NCBI GenBank assembly: GCA_965228855.1
Contig: CBDDIJ010000005.1
Location: 1,574,443-1,638,442, forward strand
Reading direction: 5' to 3'
Length of the DNA stretch: 64,000 nucleotides
Source of the DNA: Candidatus Obscuribacterales bacterium
Lineage (GTDB): Bacteria; Cyanobacteriota; Vampirovibrionia; Obscuribacterales; Obscuribacteraceae
The position numbers were made by a program, and so were the translations under genes. The notes beneath the pieces are model-generated. The model was not told the DNA's origin, made no database searches, and saw only the letters and a list, made by a program, of their open reading frames with translations. Positions 10,371-20,339 of the stretch are shown piece by piece (positions within the stretch are counted from its first letter, which is position 1; each line of letters opens with the position of its first letter).

Positions 10371-11456
10371 ATGAAACATATAACTTCAATCATCGCAGCA
10401 TCTGCGTTAGCACTATCCTCATCACTTACCGTTCAACCGGCCTTCAGCGGCGAGATCACAATCCCAAGCCAGATGAACGAGGTCGTGAAACCTGAGCTCG
10501 CGGCAAAATATACCTATATCGAAAACGGGGAATACACAAAAGCCCTTGGTTTTCCCACATACGAGTGGCTTCCAACTGATACAAAACCGAAAGCAATCAT
10601 CCTAGGAATTCACGGACTCACGTTGCACGGTCGTCGATACCGCACACTGGCGCGCACCTTAGCGGTTTCAGATTACGCTTTTGTCGCTTTGGACATGCGC
10701 GGTTTTGGTTCGTGCCGTTTTGACGACAACAATCAATTCAGCACCCCGACTGACAATCGCAAAGAAATCGCTCATGAAAAAAGTTACGGCGATATCGTCA
10801 AACTTGCGCAAATGATTCGTGAAAAATATCCTGACACGCCGATTCTGGCTCTGGGAGAGAGCTTGGGATGCACGTTCTGTGTAAAACTTGCAGGCGAGCA
10901 CAAGGATCTTGTTGACGGCTTGATACTCTCAGCGCCGGCGATCCGCATCAATCCAGCGATGTATGCATCACCAACTGATATAAAAGAAGGTTTTGCCGCC
11001 TTGCTCAAACGCGGTCATAAAGTCAGCCTCAAACAATTTATCACCCACCTGGTGTCTACTCGACAAGACGTCGCGCAAGAGATGATGGACGATCCGCTGA
11101 TTCTAAAACAGATTCGAATCAAGGATTTGCTGGCGACTGATCTTTTCTGCGACAAGACTGCCGGCTTCGGCAAGACCGTGGCACCAAACATTCCCGTTCT
11201 CATTCTCCAGGCAGGCGGCGACAAATGTGTCTCGCCGGAAGCTGTTACGCGTTTGATGGCGAATATGCCATCTTCCAATCAGACACTATCCTGGATGGGT
11301 TCATGGGGACACCTGCAGCTTGAAACTTCCTACATGCGCGGAAAAGTAATCGACACAGTCGGCGATTGGATCGAGAACCGCACCAAAGACGCTTGTGCGG
11401 AACTCACCGCTCTGGAGCAGGACATCGACGACCTCGGCGGCACACTCGTCGAATAG
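10371..11456 (+). CDS. Exported alpha/beta hydrolase (lysophospholipase / Hydrolase_4-like)
   Basis: Signal peptide, HGL, DMRGFG, GESLG nucleophile elbow, candidate Asp (DKCV) and His (WGH). Confidence 0.88.
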   Translation: MKHITSIIAASALALSSSLTVQPAFSGEITIPSQMNEVVKPELAAKYTYIENGEYTKALGFPTYEWLPTDTKPKAIILGIHGLTLHGRRYRTLARTLAVSDYAFVALDMRGFGSCRFDDNNQFSTPTDNRKEIAHEKSYGDIVKLAQMIREKYPDTPILALGESLGCTFCVKLAGEHKDLVDGLILSAPAIRINPAMYASPTDIKEGFAALLKRGHKVSLKQFITHLVSTRQDVAQEMMDDPLILKQIRIKDLLATDLFCDKTAGFGKTVAPNIPVLILQAGGDKCVSPEAVTRLMANMPSSNQTLSWMGSWGHLQLETSYMRGKVIDTVGDWIENRTKDACAELTALEQDIDDLGGTLVE

Positions 11457-11479
11457 CGAGTACGGTATCAATGTGACTT

Positions 11480-11610
11480 CTCGGTGTGGAACTCTCGATA
11501 GACAGTCTCGAAGTAACGCTCTCGGTGTGGAACCTCGATAGACAGCCTCTCTGTGCCGCTCTCGGTGTGGAACTCTCGACGTGAGGCAACTCACGCCGGT
11601 GTGGCAACTG
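11480..11610. repeat. Degenerate ~40-bp tandem repeat (core ctcggtgtggaactctcgatagacag) between convergent genes
   Basis: Core starts at 11480, 11521 and 11561, with a decayed copy near 11596. Confidence 0.85.
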
Positions 11611-11622
11611 GACGCGTCACGA

Positions 11623-13602
11623 TTACTGGTTTTTCCTGACGAAAATGACTGCAGATTTTTCACGGTAGACTTCCTGCCAGTCCGCGCTCTGCGAAAGTTC
11701 TTTCACCAGATTCGCTTTGGTTGGCAAGAAAACCCAGTCGAATTTGTATCGCTCAAACAGCTGTTGCCAACCCGGTTTCGCATTGCGCATTACGTAGTAA
11801 TCGCCGACGAGTGGCGCGCCGTACATGTCGAAACGCGTGTCGATAAAAACTTTGGGCTTCGTTTCTACAATCTCAGGCTTGTACGGATCCTGGGCGAGAA
11901 GAGGCTTTTCCTGGGCGATTAAATACCAGATCATCATGTCGCCTAACTGCGCGTCGTTGAAAACTTTTCCAACGGGAAGCTCTTTCGAGAGAAAACGCAT
12001 CGCGTCGAATGGCGCGGGAAACGCGCCACTGCCTTGAGGAATCGTCGGATCTACCACTCTCGTCGATATCATAAAGACGCCGAACAATGATAGCGCGAGA
12101 AGAATTCCAGGCCACGAGCCGTAGTTGAGCATGCCTGTGACTCTCGCATTCATGGAAGGCGTATCGGCGGGTGCAGGCGCGACGGCATGCTCTACGGAAC
12201 TGGGCTGGCTCGCAGGCGCGACTGCATCCTGTGCGGAACTTGACTCGCTCGCAGGCGCGACCGCATCCTGTGCGGAACTTGACTCGCTCGCAGGCGCGAC
12301 CGCATCCTGTGCGGAACTTGACTCGCTCGCAGGCGCGAGTGCATCCTGTGCGGAACTTGACTCGCTCTCAGGCGCGAGTGCGGAGAGGGCATTCTCGCCG
12401 ACGGCTGAATCGGTTTTACCCGGAGAGAATCTCGTGTGCCCTTTCAGTAGCCACGCCACCTCAGTCAGGAGGAAAACCACTACGAACGGGATCAATCGCA
12501 TGCAGCAAATCGCCGCGATGAGAACGCCGATAATTGACGCAACGGAAAACGACCAACCAATCGGGAACTTACCGTTCTTCCGCCAGACACCGACGGCCTT
12601 TGCGAGCACCACCAGTACTACCAGTGCAAATAGGAAGAACGGGTAAAATGTCCATTCGGTAAGGTGAGAAAGCTTAATGGAACTGAGTTCGTTAATGTAT
12701 CTATTAAGCGGCGAGAAAAATAGCTCTGGAACGTACGCCCACAATCGGGGACCAAACGGATTGATCATCGACGCTGCGATTAGGCTGAAAAACAGGATCC
12801 ATGGCAGAACAACGGCCTTCTTTTTGACCAGCGGACGACTAAAAGCTTCAATCGTAGATGTCACACAGAAGATCGAGAGTGTTATAAACGCTGACATAAA
12901 GCCAGTATGCATGTTCGCCCAAACAACCATCAGCAACGCAGGTTTGAAAAGCAGTTTCAAATCTGCTTTCTGAAACTCTTCGTTATTCTCGACGGCGAGC
13001 CGAAATCGAATGGTCAAGCCGAGCATGACAAGGAAAAACAGATAGGAGAATATTTCAGGGCGCGCAAGAAAGTGGAAAGAAGCCGCCACCACTCCCAGTA
13101 TCACCAGACATACGGCGGGCAACATCGGGGCACGCAGAGAACGGAAGAACATCAGCGGGCCGACAAGGAGCGCCGTAACTAAAACGCAGTCAACGAGAGT
13201 GAGTAGCGCGTAGCCAGCGCCGACCTTGTACGCGAGATAGAAAACCAGTTCCGTCAGCCACTGGTAGGGAACGAACAAACGCGGAGAGCCCGTAGACGTA
13301 CCGGATGACAACGCAGCGAAATCAACCGCGCCACCACCAGCGGTGAGGGCAGAAAGTGTGTATGAGAACGGATCCACGGAAGGAACCGAACCGGTTTCGA
13401 AAACGTACTTGCCCATCGCAAGTAACCAGCAGGTATCCGGGTCGTGGAGCCCTGCTCCCGCGACCCAGCAGCCCATAAAAAAGGCAAAGAAGAACAAAAA
13501 GCCGATCAGGAATCGGGCACCTAGAGCGGAAATCCACCCTTGCAAAATATTGTTTGACTTTTGCTCGCTCACCAGGCCATCCGCTTTGCGCGTCAGAAGC
13601 AT
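11623..13602 (-). CDS. Polytopic membrane protein (possible GT-C-type glycosyltransferase) with internal 13-aa repeat loop
   Basis: Many TM segments; DPDTCWLLAMG after TM1; RPEIFS, WANMHTGF, INPFG and FIDTRFDMYG motifs; function is inference. Confidence 0.6.
   Translation of the reverse strand: MLLTRKADGLVSEQKSNNILQGWISALGARFLIGFLFFFAFFMGCWVAGAGLHDPDTCWLLAMGKYVFETGSVPSVDPFSYTLSALTAGGGAVDFAALSSGTSTGSPRLFVPYQWLTELVFYLAYKVGAGYALLTLVDCVLVTALLVGPLMFFRSLRAPMLPAVCLVILGVVAASFHFLARPEIFSYLFFLVMLGLTIRFRLAVENNEEFQKADLKLLFKPALLMVVWANMHTGFMSAFITLSIFCVTSTIEAFSRPLVKKKAVVLPWILFFSLIAASMINPFGPRLWAYVPELFFSPLNRYINELSSIKLSHLTEWTFYPFFLFALVVLVVLAKAVGVWRKNGKFPIGWSFSVASIIGVLIAAICCMRLIPFVVVFLLTEVAWLLKGHTRFSPGKTDSAVGENALSALAPESESSSAQDALAPASESSSAQDAVAPASESSSAQDAVAPASESSSAQDAVAPASQPSSVEHAVAPAPADTPSMNARVTGMLNYGSWPGILLALSLFGVFMISTRVVDPTIPQGSGAFPAPFDAMRFLSKELPVGKVFNDAQLGDMMIWYLIAQEKPLLAQDPYKPEIVETKPKVFIDTRFDMYGAPLVGDYYVMRNAKPGWQQLFERYKFDWVFLPTKANLVKELSQSADWQEVYREKSAVIFVRKNQ
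12173..12381. repeat. 39-bp in-frame tandem repeat, about 5.3 copies (APASESSSAQDAV)
   Basis: Units start at 12173, 12212, 12251, 12290, 12329 and 12368. Confidence 0.95.
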
Positions 13603-13656
13603 AATACCCTAGTGACAATCTCCACTAACCTTTTCAGACCTGCAGAAGGTTGGATG

Positions 13657-13752
13657 TAAACCTGTGGAATGTGCGCTTTAAACTGTGGAAGGCGCACTTT
13701 GAACTGTGGTTGAAACTGCGGTAGGCGCGCTCTAAACTGCGGAGGGCGCGCA
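13657..13752. repeat. Degenerate ~21-bp tandem repeat in a divergent intergenic region
   Basis: taaactgtggaaggcgcactt / gaaactgcggtaggcgcgctc / taaactgcggagggcgcgcat and neighbours. Confidence 0.75.
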
Positions 13753-13926
13753 TTGAAGAAAAGCAAAGACAATTGCTGCACCTTTTCGAATACTTGCTGG
13801 ATAGGGCAGAAAACGTCAAGACCTTGATTAAATCCGCAGTTTCTCGAAATGAGCCGGCTCTTGCATTGAAATCTCGCGGGTCTATAATCGAATTGCGACG
13901 GGTAACTGATCTGCTGCGAGGCGTAC

Positions 13927-14499
13927 ATGGTAATGCCAGAAAACATGCTTAATCTCTCAGTCGAGGAATATCTCGACTTTGAGCTACAAAGCGACGGAAG
14001 GCATGAGTTCGTGGACGGCGCAGTATATGCCATGACCGGCGCAACGGAAGCTCACAACATAATCGTCGGAAACTTTTTTTCTCTGATTCGATCACACATC
14101 AAAGGCTCTAATTGCCGCGTTTTTGCTAATGATATGAAGGTTCATGTTCTGGACGCGAACTGCTTCTATTACCCTGACATTATGATGACTTGCGAACCCT
14201 TCGACGCTAAATCGGTTTCCAAAAGCGCTCCCAGTTTCATTTGCGAAGTTCTGTCTCCATCGACGTCGAACGTAGACCTTCGAGAGAAACGACAAGCGTA
14301 TCGACAATTGAACTCGCTTAGACAATACGCGATCGTTCACCAGGACCATCGAGAAGTACTGCTCTACCAACGAGTGGAAGCCCGCCGGTGGACAGTGAAC
14401 ACTTTTCGGAATACAGAAGAATTTATTCTCACGGCGATGCCGAACCATGACCTCAGGGTCTCGTTAGATTCAATCTATGAAGACACTGATTTGAAGTGA
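13927..14499 (+). CDS. Uma2 (DUF820) family PD-(D/E)xK endonuclease-like protein
   Basis: RHEFVDGAVYAMTGA..HN, YYPDIMMTC, EVLSPST..D..EKRQAY. Confidence 0.92.
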   Translation: MVMPENMLNLSVEEYLDFELQSDGRHEFVDGAVYAMTGATEAHNIIVGNFFSLIRSHIKGSNCRVFANDMKVHVLDANCFYYPDIMMTCEPFDAKSVSKSAPSFICEVLSPSTSNVDLREKRQAYRQLNSLRQYAIVHQDHREVLLYQRVEARRWTVNTFRNTEEFILTAMPNHDLRVSLDSIYEDTDLK

Positions 14500-14656
14500 A
14501 GAGCTGGAGTCAAGCCCATAGCGAACACCCATAACCGCAGCCCGAACTCAGGCAAATAACGAACCATAAACGCAGTCCGAGCTCACGCCGCCAGGAACTA
14601 CCGCATCAGCCCCCCACGGCCTTGCTGTCGAGAAGACTGCGGCGAGTCGTCTTATG

Positions 14657-16261
14657 CTACTCCCATTCAATCGTTGCTGGAGGCTTCGATGTCACATCGT
14701 ACATAACCCTGTTGATGCCTGGAACTTCGTTGACGATTCTGCTTGAGATAGTCTCAAGCAGATCGTATGGAAGTCGAGCCCAGTCAGCAGTCATGCCATC
14801 CTCGCTGGTGACGGCGCGGATAACAATCTGGTTCATGTATGTTCTCTGATCGCCCATCACGCCGACTGAAAGAGTCGGGAGGAGGATACCAAACATTTGC
14901 CATACCTGACGGTACAAGCCGTGTGATTTAACTTCTTCGCGAATGATCCAGTCAGCTTCGCGAAGAGTCTTCAACCGCTCCTTGGTGATTTCGCCGACGA
15001 CTCTGATTGCCAGACCGGGACCTGGGAATGGATGACGAACCACAATGCCCTCGGGCACATCCAGCTCGCGAGCGAGAAGACGGACCTCGTCTTTGAACAG
15101 CTTTGCGAATGGCTCGACTAACTTGAATTGCAAATTCTTTGGAAGACCGCCCACATTGTGGTGCGACTTGATTTTGACTGCAATACGCTCGCCGGTTTTT
15201 GGATCGATGCGCGTTCCAGCCGACTCGATTACGTCCGGATACAAGGTTCCCTGCGCGAGGTAATCAAACGGTCCGAGCTTTGCAGACTCTTCATCGAAAA
15301 CTTCGATGAACTCTTTGCCAATGATTTTGCGCTTTTGCTCAGGATCAGTAATGCCGGCTAGTTTAGAGATAAACCGTTCGCGTGCTTTGATGAACTGCAC
15401 TGGAATCTTGAACTCTGCGAACTTCTCAACCAGCCACTCGGGCTCGTTTTTGCGCATGAAACCTTGATCGATAAACATGCACGTTAGTCTATCCCCAATC
15501 GCCTTATGAAGGAGGAAAGCCAATGTCGAACTATCCACACCACCGGACAAAGCAAGCAAGATGCGCTTGTCGCCTACTTGTTCGCGGACCTTAGCGATCG
15601 CTTGATCGACATATTTGTCCATCGTCCAGCTCTGAGTACAACCACAAACGTTAACGACAAAGTTCTCCAACACTTGCTGCCCACCGCGTGTGTGTACGAC
15701 CTCGGGGTGGAACTGAACGCCGTACATTCCGCGCTCTTCATCAGCGATTGCCGCAACCGCTGTCGCAAGAGTTCTACCGATTACTTCAAAACCTTCGGGT
15801 AATTCAGTTACGCTATCACCGTGGCTCATCCAGCTTTCGAGCGTTGATTCCATGCCCTCGAAAAGTTTTCCATGATGGGTGATGGTCAGCAGTGCGCGAC
15901 CGTACTCACGCACATCGCCTGGTTCTACAGTGCCACCGAGGTCATGCGCCATGAGCTGCATCCCATAGCAAACACCGAGGATGGGAAGACCCATCGTCCA
16001 GATTGCCGGGTCCAGCTTAGGAGCAAACTCATCGTAACAACTGTTCGGACCGCCGGACAAAATAATTCCTTTGGGATTCAGTCGTTTGAGTTCTTCGCAA
16101 GATACGCTGAACGGCAGCATCTCGGAATATGTTTTTGTTTCTCGAACTCGCCTTGCAATAAGCTGTGAGTATTGCGATCCAAAATCAAGAATCGCAATCG
16201 AGTCGGTCAAACAATTGTCGGCAAGTATTTCTTGTCCGGGATTAGCCTGTGTTGAGGTCAC
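14657..16261 (-). CDS. guaA: GMP synthase (glutamine-hydrolysing)
   Basis: [66 protein letters not shown] start at 16261 after aggag. Confidence 0.98.
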   Translation of the reverse strand: MTSTQANPGQEILADNCLTDSIAILDFGSQYSQLIARRVRETKTYSEMLPFSVSCEELKRLNPKGIILSGGPNSCYDEFAPKLDPAIWTMGLPILGVCYGMQLMAHDLGGTVEPGDVREYGRALLTITHHGKLFEGMESTLESWMSHGDSVTELPEGFEVIGRTLATAVAAIADEERGMYGVQFHPEVVHTRGGQQVLENFVVNVCGCTQSWTMDKYVDQAIAKVREQVGDKRILLALSGGVDSSTLAFLLHKAIGDRLTCMFIDQGFMRKNEPEWLVEKFAEFKIPVQFIKARERFISKLAGITDPEQKRKIIGKEFIEVFDEESAKLGPFDYLAQGTLYPDVIESAGTRIDPKTGERIAVKIKSHHNVGGLPKNLQFKLVEPFAKLFKDEVRLLARELDVPEGIVVRHPFPGPGLAIRVVGEITKERLKTLREADWIIREEVKSHGLYRQVWQMFGILLPTLSVGVMGDQRTYMNQIVIRAVTSEDGMTADWARLPYDLLETISSRIVNEVPGINRVMYDVTSKPPATIEWE

Positions 16262-16387
16262 CTTGCTCTCCTTGCAAACTGGCAGTGAGGACGGTTTGAG
16301 AATAAGTAGAAGTATCGCAAATCGGGTATGTTTATGATCGCCAAAGTGGCGCTCGACAAGCAAAAGTTTTCAAAAGGCCGATTGCAT

Positions 16388-16891
16388 ATGCACCGACGGG
16401 TCGCGGAATCGAATTTCTCGTACGAACATCTTCCAAATCTTCAGTTCGTGGGCGCGGAACTCTGGCGTGGCGGTCAGCCTCATAGCGAAGGGTTTATCAA
16501 GCTAAAAGAGAAGGGCGTAAAAACAATCGTCAATCTGCGTGAAGAGCCGAATCTCATAGCTGGGGAGCGCGCCATTGTCCAGGAGCTTGGTCTTGACTAC
16601 ATCTCGATCCCACTGCGCCCGTTTGATATTCCGGATGATCACAAAGTGGAGCAGTTTTTAGAACTGATGAAGGAGGCGAAGACGCATTCGGTTTTCGTTC
16701 ATTGCCTGCATGGAATGGACAGAACCGGCTTGATGTGTGCGATCTATCGCATGAGCGCACATGATTGGACATTTCGCGACGCTTACGATGAGATGCTGAG
16801 ATTCGGATTCCATGAGGCTTTCGACAATCTGCGCGGAGTTGTTGTCAAGCATGCAAAGAGTTGGAACAAAATTCCGCACGATTTCGAGTGA
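16388..16891 (+). CDS. Dual-specificity / tyrosine phosphatase family protein
   Basis: WRGGQP, KTIVNLR, VFVHCLHGMDRTG (HCx5R). Confidence 0.92.
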   Translation: MHRRVAESNFSYEHLPNLQFVGAELWRGGQPHSEGFIKLKEKGVKTIVNLREEPNLIAGERAIVQELGLDYISIPLRPFDIPDDHKVEQFLELMKEAKTHSVFVHCLHGMDRTGLMCAIYRMSAHDWTFRDAYDEMLRFGFHEAFDNLRGVVVKHAKSWNKIPHDFE

Positions 16892-17251
16892 GCGAAGAAC
16901 GGCTTTACAAGCCATTCATCAAACGCGCGGGAACGAACGATATCAAAATGCACTCCAATCGATATACACAACCGGTAAATATCACGAGCGCCAACTGCCG
17001 CTGGCTATGGGGTTTTCCACTATTAGCGCAGCCGCGCAAAGACCGTCCTAAATTAACAGTGCTGTAGGCTTTACAACCCGCAGCTCGCTAAAAGGCATTA
17101 AGTGCAAGGGTTTCCGCAAGCCGCACCAATGTAAACCTGAACTACTTTTGAGTAGCAGTGCTGGAAAGACAGTCATTAGTCTGTGTCGTCTACTCGTTTC
17201 TATCGATACGTGCCTACAACTCGATTCCGCTTCCAACCCTGAACTGAACAT

Positions 17252-17508
17252 ATGTTCGCTCGAGAACCTTGCCCACCAAAGGCAAGCGTTGGGATCCAGC
17301 TACGATGCGTCGCTACCTGACAGGGCGATTGCGTTTAGAAGCAGAACCTCAATGCGAGCATGACATCACAGTCGGCTCCGGGATTGCCCCATACGGCAGG
17401 CGGATTCGAACAACTGATTGGCACGGATCTTGCGGATGGATTTCGTCGGTTTCGCTGGTAGACCGGAACCCAATTGAGATAGCGAATCCCACAGCAGGAT
17501 ATCCCTGC
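17252..17508 (+). promoter_or_regulatory. Candidate long structured 5' leader / ncRNA upstream of the DUF4139 gene
   Basis: Nested complementary segments: ATGT..GCTCG/CGAGC..ACAT, CTTGCC/GGCAAG, GTCGC/GCGAT, CGGTTT/AGACCG, GGATTTCG/CGAATCC, GCAGG/CCTGC; G-U pairs favour the + strand. Confidence 0.45.
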
Positions 17509-17530
17509 TAACTACTAAGGTAACAACGAA

Positions 17531-19198
17531 ATGTCGACTCAGAATCACGACGCTCGCCCCGACGCCATCACGTCCGACAACGCCTCCACGGTCGAACTGA
17601 CGGCTTATCAGAGCGGTCCCGCGGTCATCCGTGAGACCCGCGTGCTCCAGCTCCCTGCAGGTCGCTCCCGTGTCTTCATCGGCGGTCTGCCGAAGCGCTT
17701 CGTTCCGAACAGCCAGACCATCGTCTCCGTCGCCGGCTCGGGCACCTTCCGCGTCGGTCAGCGCTCGCTGCGCCCCGCCAATCTGACCCAGCAGACCATG
17801 CTCGCCCAGTCCGTCGGCAGCAAGATCACGTTGATCGAAGAGACCAAGGCCGGCAACGAACGCCGCATCACCGGCACCCTCGAGCACATCGTCGACAACC
17901 GCATCGCGGTGCTGCGCGTCCGGGGCGGCAAGGTCCTCGTCGTCCCCATCACTGCGAAGTTCGAACTCGGCAACGTCCCCGCCGGTCTCTCCAACCTCAC
18001 CGTCCTCGCCATGGAGCCGAACGTCGAGAAGGCGGGCGAGTTCCACCTGAAGCTGCTCTACGAGTCCGAGGGCGTCAACTGGACCCCCTGGTACGAGGTG
18101 TTCTACAACCAGAAGGCCGGCAAGCTCGAACGCTTCGCCTGCTACGTCGACCTCGGCAACGAATCCGGCACCGATTTCCCGGACGCCGGCATCAAGCTAA
18201 TCGCCGGTCACAACGAATCCGACGCCGCCAACCGGGCTCGCTCCAAGGGCATCCGCGCCGCGGCCGCTCCGATGATGGCCATGTCTGCCATGGGTGGCGG
18301 TCGCGGTGGGCTCGAGAGCGCCGACTTCTCGGTCGACTCCGCCGAATCGGAGAGCGTCGGCGAGCAGAAGATGTACCGCCTGACCGACCGCGTCACGCTC
18401 GAGAACGGCGTCCCCAACAGCCCGGCGCTCGTCTTCTTCGGAAGCGTCCCGGTCGTGCACGAGTACCACGCCAACAACCCCGGTCAGTACTTCCGGCTCG
18501 ACGGCGACAACCCCGCCGACCTGCCCAAGCTGCCCGTCTCGGTGAAGCTGCGCCTCTGCAACAGCGACGCCAACGGTCTGGGCGCCCCGCTGCCTCCGGG
18601 TGATGTTCGCATCTTCGAAGCCGACAGTCAGGGCGAACTGCAGAAGACCGACAGCGCCTACCTCGGCGGACACATCGCCGTCGGCGAGGAGTTCAGCATC
18701 GACCTGCGCAACCCGGCGCGCGACATCAAGGTTACTCGCCAGCAGGTCTCCTACAAGGAAGACCCCAAGCCGGTCGAAGAGGAAGAGGTCGTCGAAACCG
18801 AAGGTGACGGCAGCGATGAATCCGTGACCATGCGCCCGATGGTCGGCGTCACTGGCGGTCCGAATGTCGGTCGTCCCGACTTCGGTCGCCGCTCCGAGAT
18901 CCTCGAACACGCACCCACGAGCGACGGCAAGGAGAAGAAGAAGCTCAAGCCGAAGCCCCGGTTCGCCGAGGAGACCCGCGAAATCACGGTCTACAACTAC
19001 AAGGACACGGGCGTCGAAGTGGTAATCCACGACTACGTTCCCGCCGACGCCGAGCTGCTCGACAAGTCGCACGAATTCATCAAGTTCGGCGACAGCACCG
19101 GCACGGGCACTTTCCGCGTCGAGGTCCCGGGCAAAAACGAGTCGGCGATCGCCGGTGAGTTCAAGGTCCGCTACGGCATCCGCTACCGCATCAACTGA
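17531..19198 (+). CDS. DUF4139-domain protein
   Basis: VELTAYQSGPAVIRETR N-terminus, LYESEGVNWTPWY, NESGTDF, LGAPLPPGDVRIF, terminal VRY; no signal peptide seen. Confidence 0.85.
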   Translation: MSTQNHDARPDAITSDNASTVELTAYQSGPAVIRETRVLQLPAGRSRVFIGGLPKRFVPNSQTIVSVAGSGTFRVGQRSLRPANLTQQTMLAQSVGSKITLIEETKAGNERRITGTLEHIVDNRIAVLRVRGGKVLVVPITAKFELGNVPAGLSNLTVLAMEPNVEKAGEFHLKLLYESEGVNWTPWYEVFYNQKAGKLERFACYVDLGNESGTDFPDAGIKLIAGHNESDAANRARSKGIRAAAAPMMAMSAMGGGRGGLESADFSVDSAESESVGEQKMYRLTDRVTLENGVPNSPALVFFGSVPVVHEYHANNPGQYFRLDGDNPADLPKLPVSVKLRLCNSDANGLGAPLPPGDVRIFEADSQGELQKTDSAYLGGHIAVGEEFSIDLRNPARDIKVTRQQVSYKEDPKPVEEEEVVETEGDGSDESVTMRPMVGVTGGPNVGRPDFGRRSEILEHAPTSDGKEKKKLKPKPRFAEETREITVYNYKDTGVEVVIHDYVPADAELLDKSHEFIKFGDSTGTGTFRVEVPGKNESAIAGEFKVRYGIRYRIN

Positions 19199-19228
19199 GC
19201 TCATCTCCGGCTGAGCTGAGATAAGGGA

Positions 19229-19258
19229 GGGAGGCATTCTTCGGGATGCCTCCCTTTT
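19229..19258 (+). terminator. Rho-independent terminator
   Basis: GGGAGGCATTC-TTCG-GGATGCCTCCC-TTTT. Confidence 0.9.
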
Positions 19259-19355
19259 CATTCAAAGTCACATCCGACGCGCCGGTTCGTTCAACAGTTA
19301 TCGCCTCAGGCACTGTTGCTTGCGAACTCGCGCTGTCAACTCACAGGAGAATCCC

Positions 19356-19865
19356 ATGTCACATGAACATGAAGGTTGCTGCGGTTGCTCAGGCGACCCA
19401 GTGGAACACGAACGCGAATTCGCCGACGCCATGCGTCGCCAGGCCCAGGGCTACCTCAATCCGGAACAGCTCCCGCTCGCCCGCGCCATGCTCACCGCTT
19501 CTCGAACGGTTCTGGCCGCGCGCGGCGGAATCATCGGCGAGAAGGGCGTCTGGTTGCTCGTCGCCGAAGCGCATCTGCCGGAAATCGAAGGCAATTCGGC
19601 TCAGGCTCTGGTCGAACACCAGGCTGCGCTCGCCCTCAGCGAGAAGGAACTCGGCGCCGAACACCTCGGCACCGGTGTCTGCCTCCTCAACGTCGCCGAA
19701 GCACTGACCAACCTCGACCGCGCCAAGGAAGCGAAACCGCTCTATGAGCGCGCCCACAAGATCCTGAAGAAGGTCGCCGCCGGCTACAAGGACACCGACG
19801 AATACCTGAGCAACTTCGCCGATGAAGCAGCCAATGCGGCTCTCATCGGCTTCGAATCGATCTGA
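19356..19865 (+). CDS. Small tetratricopeptide-repeat protein with His/Cys-rich N-terminus
   Basis: aggag RBS; MSHEHEGCCGC; LGAEHLGTGVCLLNVAEAL..AKPLYERA (kinesin-light-chain-type TPR). Confidence 0.8.
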   Translation: MSHEHEGCCGCSGDPVEHEREFADAMRRQAQGYLNPEQLPLARAMLTASRTVLAARGGIIGEKGVWLLVAEAHLPEIEGNSAQALVEHQAALALSEKELGAEHLGTGVCLLNVAEALTNLDRAKEAKPLYERAHKILKKVAAGYKDTDEYLSNFADEAANAALIGFESI

Positions 19866-19873
19866 CGCTTCCG

Positions 19874-19904
19874 TGCATCTCGGTCCCCCACCGAGATGCA
19901 TTTT
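19874..19904 (+). terminator. Rho-independent terminator
   Basis: TGCATCTCGGT-ccccc-ACCGAGATGCA-TTTT. Confidence 0.88.
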
Positions 19905-19914
19905 CCAGATCCGT

Positions 19915-20020
19915 CTACTATATGCCGACGTTCCCCTCCTGCTCGAAGACAGCCTCCCAAAAGCCTCCCTACTATATGCCGACGTGCTTCTCCCGTCCGA
20001 AGATAGCCTCTGCAAGCCGC
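19915..20020. repeat. 54-bp degenerate tandem duplication
   Basis: ctactatatgccgacgt...cgaagacagcctc starting at 19915 and again at 19969. Confidence 0.8.
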
Positions 20021-20218
20021 TTTTCGAGCCCTCCCCGCCTCATAGCCGCTCAAAAAAGCCACTTTGTCTACGCCTCATTGCCGGATTTCGCCAATTCCGT
20101 CTACGCCTCGTAGCCAACCCTCACCCCCAAGATTTCCGTACGTCACCGAAACCTCGGCGCTGCAATCATCTCGAGCGTTTTCTACTTACTTTATCCTATA
20201 GTAGCAAATCTTATGGAA

Positions 20219-20251
20219 GCAAGAGCACCCGAAGAAATCGGGTGCTCTTGC
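20219..20251. terminator. Perfect 14-bp hairpin, probable terminator of the 20340-21101 gene
   Basis: GCAAGAGCACCCGA-agaaa-TCGGGTGCTCTTGC. Confidence 0.75.
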
Positions 20252-20339
20252 CTTTGTGCGGTCAGCATGACGAGAGCGTTGGTCACTTACCGACCCAACG
20301 CCATGGCGACGCCGACTTTACTTCACTGCCGGACGAACC

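Noticed and set aside
11480..11610. CRISPR array
   Set aside because: Variable segments are only ~15 bp, copies are few and degenerate, and no cas genes are present.
13593..14033. 146-aa ORF with PQF heptad repeats
   Set aside because: Overlaps Uma2 in antisense; openness is explained by the 21-bp intergenic repeat.
14500..14660. Genomic island integrated at the guaA 3' end
   Set aside because: No integrase and no duplicated guaA 3' end seen in the window.
17366..19261. Minus-strand ORFs of 226 and 354 aa
   Set aside because: Antisense shadows of DUF4139 caused by strong codon bias; likewise 29716-30525 and 31042-32571.
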